Shown piece by piece: positions 37,634 through 40,251 of a DNA stretch of 40,251 nucleotides. The translations under genes and the position numbers were made by a program. Under the pieces are notes generated by a model. The model had not been told where the DNA came from, did no database searches, and saw nothing but the letters and a program-made list of their open reading frames with translations. The stretch comes from a bacterium (GTDB lineage: Bacteria; SAR324; NAC60-12): contig CBDDTI010000207.1 of NCBI GenBank assembly GCA_965233585.1, positions 1-40,251 on the forward strand. The letters run 5' to 3'. Positions within the stretch are counted from its first letter, which is position 1, and each line of letters opens with the position of its first letter.

Positions 37634-38671
37634 CCCGCCCAGGATTAAATGGCCATAGCAGCAGGGCTGTGGTCTTACCCACCCTGGCCCTGGAACGTCT
37701 CACTTTTGTGGTTGGTGAAAAAAAGTCCAAAGTGAAATAGTTTTATGTGCAACTTTTTAAAAAAATGCCAGCCTATCAAATGCAATTTTTGTTTTTGTTT
37801 ATTGGGACAGAACCACCAACCCAAAAACCACGCATCTTACGTCCGGTCTGACCCCAATAGACCCTTTTTAAGATTGCGATGCTGGACTTGTCAGTCCTCT
37901 TCCTGCGCAGCGATGGCAAAAATGTGATTACCTGACTCTGGGCGGAACGGACTGTTGCAATTCCAAACCCCCGTTGAACCGTTACTTGGGGATGATATGA
38001 CAATGAAGGTGTTGATGGTCAAAAAATAAAACAATGTTCAAATGTCATCTGCACGATGAAAGTGGTTACCGATGATCATCATAGTTGTTGCCATCCTGGA
38101 TCACTGACCCTTTAGTTCATACATAGGACATTCCCTTTCCCGGGGGCATGAGACCTCATACTCACACAAGGGGCCAGAAGCCACAAACTTGTGGAGGGGC
38201 CTCATAACCTTCTGAACAACCGGGAAGTTATATAAGATAATTGTAGAATGGATAAGCAGGGGCCTCAGACCACAAAACTTACGAGGGGCTCTGCTGAACA
38301 GAACCAACTAACTCGCAAGGGGCCTTTTAGCCAACAAACAACCGGTTTTTCAGTAAGTTCATTCAGCATGTGAAGGTTCAATGTGTGAGAAGGATGATGA
38401 TAATAATCATTAACCAAGATTCCCTTGAAGCCGTTTTTGTTTGGCCTGTCGCCGCTGATGTTTTCTGAAAGCCTCAGTGGGTGTTATATGAAATCAAATG
38501 AGTCAAACGTGTAATTGAAAGAATGCATTGAGCATGTCGTATGGTTCGTACGATATCAGAAACACGAAACATGGTGCGAAAAATACATCAAGAAAACGAA
38601 AAAAACAAGAACAATTACAACAATCATAGTCATCATCATGGTTCCAAAACAAGTTTCAGTAAATCCTAGTG

Positions 38672-40066
38672 CTACTCAGCAACATTACGGCTCCTGAATG
38701 CATGTTGCTTTGGCTGGCACTGGCTTTCTTGGTCTTTGACGCTACCCGACCGAGCAGATCCAGCTTCCGCGCTTGAGGTTGGTCTTGGCTCAGGACCGGG
38801 GGCCAGGGAAGACGTGTCTGCTCTTTCAAAATTTGTGTTTTCTTCCCCTTTTGGTGGTATGTTTGATGTGCAGTTGGGTTCACTTTCTGTGCCTTTTGCA
38901 GGGGTAAGACCACCATGTTGAGATTTTTCTTTTGAGTTTTTTTCTGTTTTTTCCTCCTTCTTACTTCTTTTGAAAGGACTTGGGGCGGACCCAAACTCTA
39001 GAGCTTCCTTCACTTCGTCGTCATGTGCATGACAATAGTGCTTCCGCCAAGTTCTGGCATCTGCGCGTTGCTGCACTTCTAAAATTGTGGTTTCAGTTGG
39101 CCTCTGCATTGATGGTTTGTCTTTGTTAAAAAGCAGTAGTGCCGAGCCTGTATGCCTCGTGGCACCGTGAACTGTCACACGGCTACCCCTATATTGGTTG
39201 CTTGGGTTCCATCTTCGTTGATGTGTCAATGCCCACATGACATCCCGGATACGGGTCACTTCATCAGACACCGATTGTCGGGCCATGTTCGGCCGGCATT
39301 TTTTTCTGCTATTGCTTTGAAACAGAAATGTTTCTGATGTAACGTCCAACATAAAATCGTCTTTGCGCAGAGGCTTAACATTTTCAAAAACTTTGGGATG
39401 CGAAGATTTAAATGGTTCCAAAGTCATGGGGCACTCCCACTTGAGACCCGTTTCGATTAATTCCTTCAGACCCTCAATGCTTGACTCTGAAATTCTAGCG
39501 CTCAGGCTTTCAGCACCCAATTTCCCTTGCCCCCGAAGTTTTTTATCCTCTTGTCTTTTTTGAAATAACACATGCGGAGCATCGTGGTCTTCTCCTCCGG
39601 TCAGGCGTATGTCTGTGCCTCATAACAGTAGCGTCTCAGATATGCGTCGAGATGTTACCAAAGCTAGCCATAATACTACGCAGTAGATTGGCCCTGCAAA
39701 GAATTGGGCGACCGCAAAAAACAAGTGTAACTGCTCTCTAGGAATGAACACATGTTGCTTTGCAGTTTTACTGTGTTTGTGTCCTTGGTTCCACGGCTTT
39801 GCAGCGGCTCTTTCCTTTTCATGTTTGTCCTGGTCCTGAGTCGGCAACGCCTTTTGTTTTGGGCGCGTTGTTTTTTCTTTGTTGCTTCGGGCTGTCTTCT
39901 GGGTAACACCGCAAGACGACGACGATTTTCGTTTCATTACCCTGTCCGAAACCTTTCTTTTTTGGTGTCTTGCTTTTTCTATGTTTTCCGGGTAAGACCG
40001 CGAAAAAACGACGATTTTCCCTTCATTATACTGTCCGTGCCCGAACTGTTTCTCGATTTGGCGCAT
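38672..40066 (-). pseudogene. Tyrosine recombinase (phage-integrase family catalytic domain), about 464 codons with one in-frame TGA at 39620-39622
   Basis: ORFs 39620-40114 and 38672-39571 are in the same frame. Box I-like LWLALVTSRRISETLLL*GTDI, candidate Lys in GQGKLG, FLF patch, box II-like VTVHGATRHT, and nucleophile-like WRKHY. Basic low-complexity N-terminus. Confidence 0.8.
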
Positions 40067-40079
40067 GAGTTGCCCGAAT

Positions 40080-40100
40080 TTTGATCCAAAATGACTGCAG
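40080..40100 (-). other. Relic dinoflagellate spliced-leader-like sequence upstream of the recombinase ATG
   Basis: Minus strand CTGCAGTCATTTTGGATCAAA versus DinoSL CCGTAGCCATTTTGGCTCAAG, 16/21 identical, ending 14 nt before ATG 40066. Confidence 0.55.
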
Positions 40101-40148
40101 AAAGCCAGTTGCAAGGGGCAGATTTCGAACTTACCAATCGACCTGGGC

Positions 40149-40251
40149 CAACTTACCGAAGGGGGCGTCGGTAAGTTGGAACCTCTTTTCCCTTAAAAAC
40201 CTTCAAAAACATTGGAAAAACTTTGGAACTCAACACTGTTGTAATTTTTTT
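40149..40251 (-). repeat. Right inverted repeat of outer element, with palindrome CCAACTTACCGA-agggggcg-TCGGTAAGTTGG (40148-40179); runs off the window end
   Basis: Reverse complement of 1828-1930. Confidence 0.92.

Larger units (their letters stand above)
1828..40251. mobile_element. Candidate tyrosine-recombinase-encoding cargo element bounded by inverted repeats (about 11.6 kb without the nested insertion); true ends not resolved because the window stops inside the right repeat
   Basis: 1828-1930 is the reverse complement of 40149-40251 (103 bp, 2 mismatches). A tyrosine recombinase ORF starts about 80 bp inside the right repeat. The GGTCTTACC motif occurs on both sides of the nested insert, and one gene spans the insert. 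Confidence 0.7.

Noticed and set aside
38168..38340. Short degenerate aggggcc...ccacaaa repeats between the convergent genes
   Set aside because: Too short and diverged to support a call.
10215..39622. Alternative genetic code explaining in-frame stops
   Set aside because: Only isolated stops of three different types, alongside frameshifts and insertions in the same region; decay is simpler.
1828..40251. Polinton/Maverick or endogenous virus
   Set aside because: No polB, packaging ATPase, capsid, protease or retroviral-type integrase motifs recognised.

Overview
Eukaryotic, repeat-rich DNA, most likely from a dinoflagellate (inferred from GC-AG introns with AG|G junctions, spliced-leader-like relics and the protein families). 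The window reads as three levels of nested mobile elements. (1) An outer element, 1828 to at least 40251, is bounded by an inverted repeat of at least 103 bp that ends internally in a lox-like palindrome (11-12 bp arms, 8 bp spacer). It encodes a tyrosine recombinase next to its right end (38672-40066, minus strand, one in-frame TGA). It also carries cargo: a GT-A glycosyltransferase/RapZ-C-like fusion, a TTF-type zinc-finger remnant and a 200-aa orphan ORF. It holds 13 polarised GGTCTTACC motifs. (2) A 26.8-kb foldback-type element, 3679-30501, has ~5.2-kb internally repetitive inverted arms, AACC...GGTT ends and an AAAA target duplication; removing it restores the glycosyltransferase reading frame exactly. 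(3) Two independent copies of a ~4.9-kb non-coding CCC...GGG element (10520-15437, TT duplication; 18344-23196, CA duplication) lie inside element 2; removing the first restores the frame of a large minus-strand gene. Several satellites built from palindromic motifs are present. No rRNA, tRNA or CRISPR array was seen. All alignments were made by eye; no database search was run.
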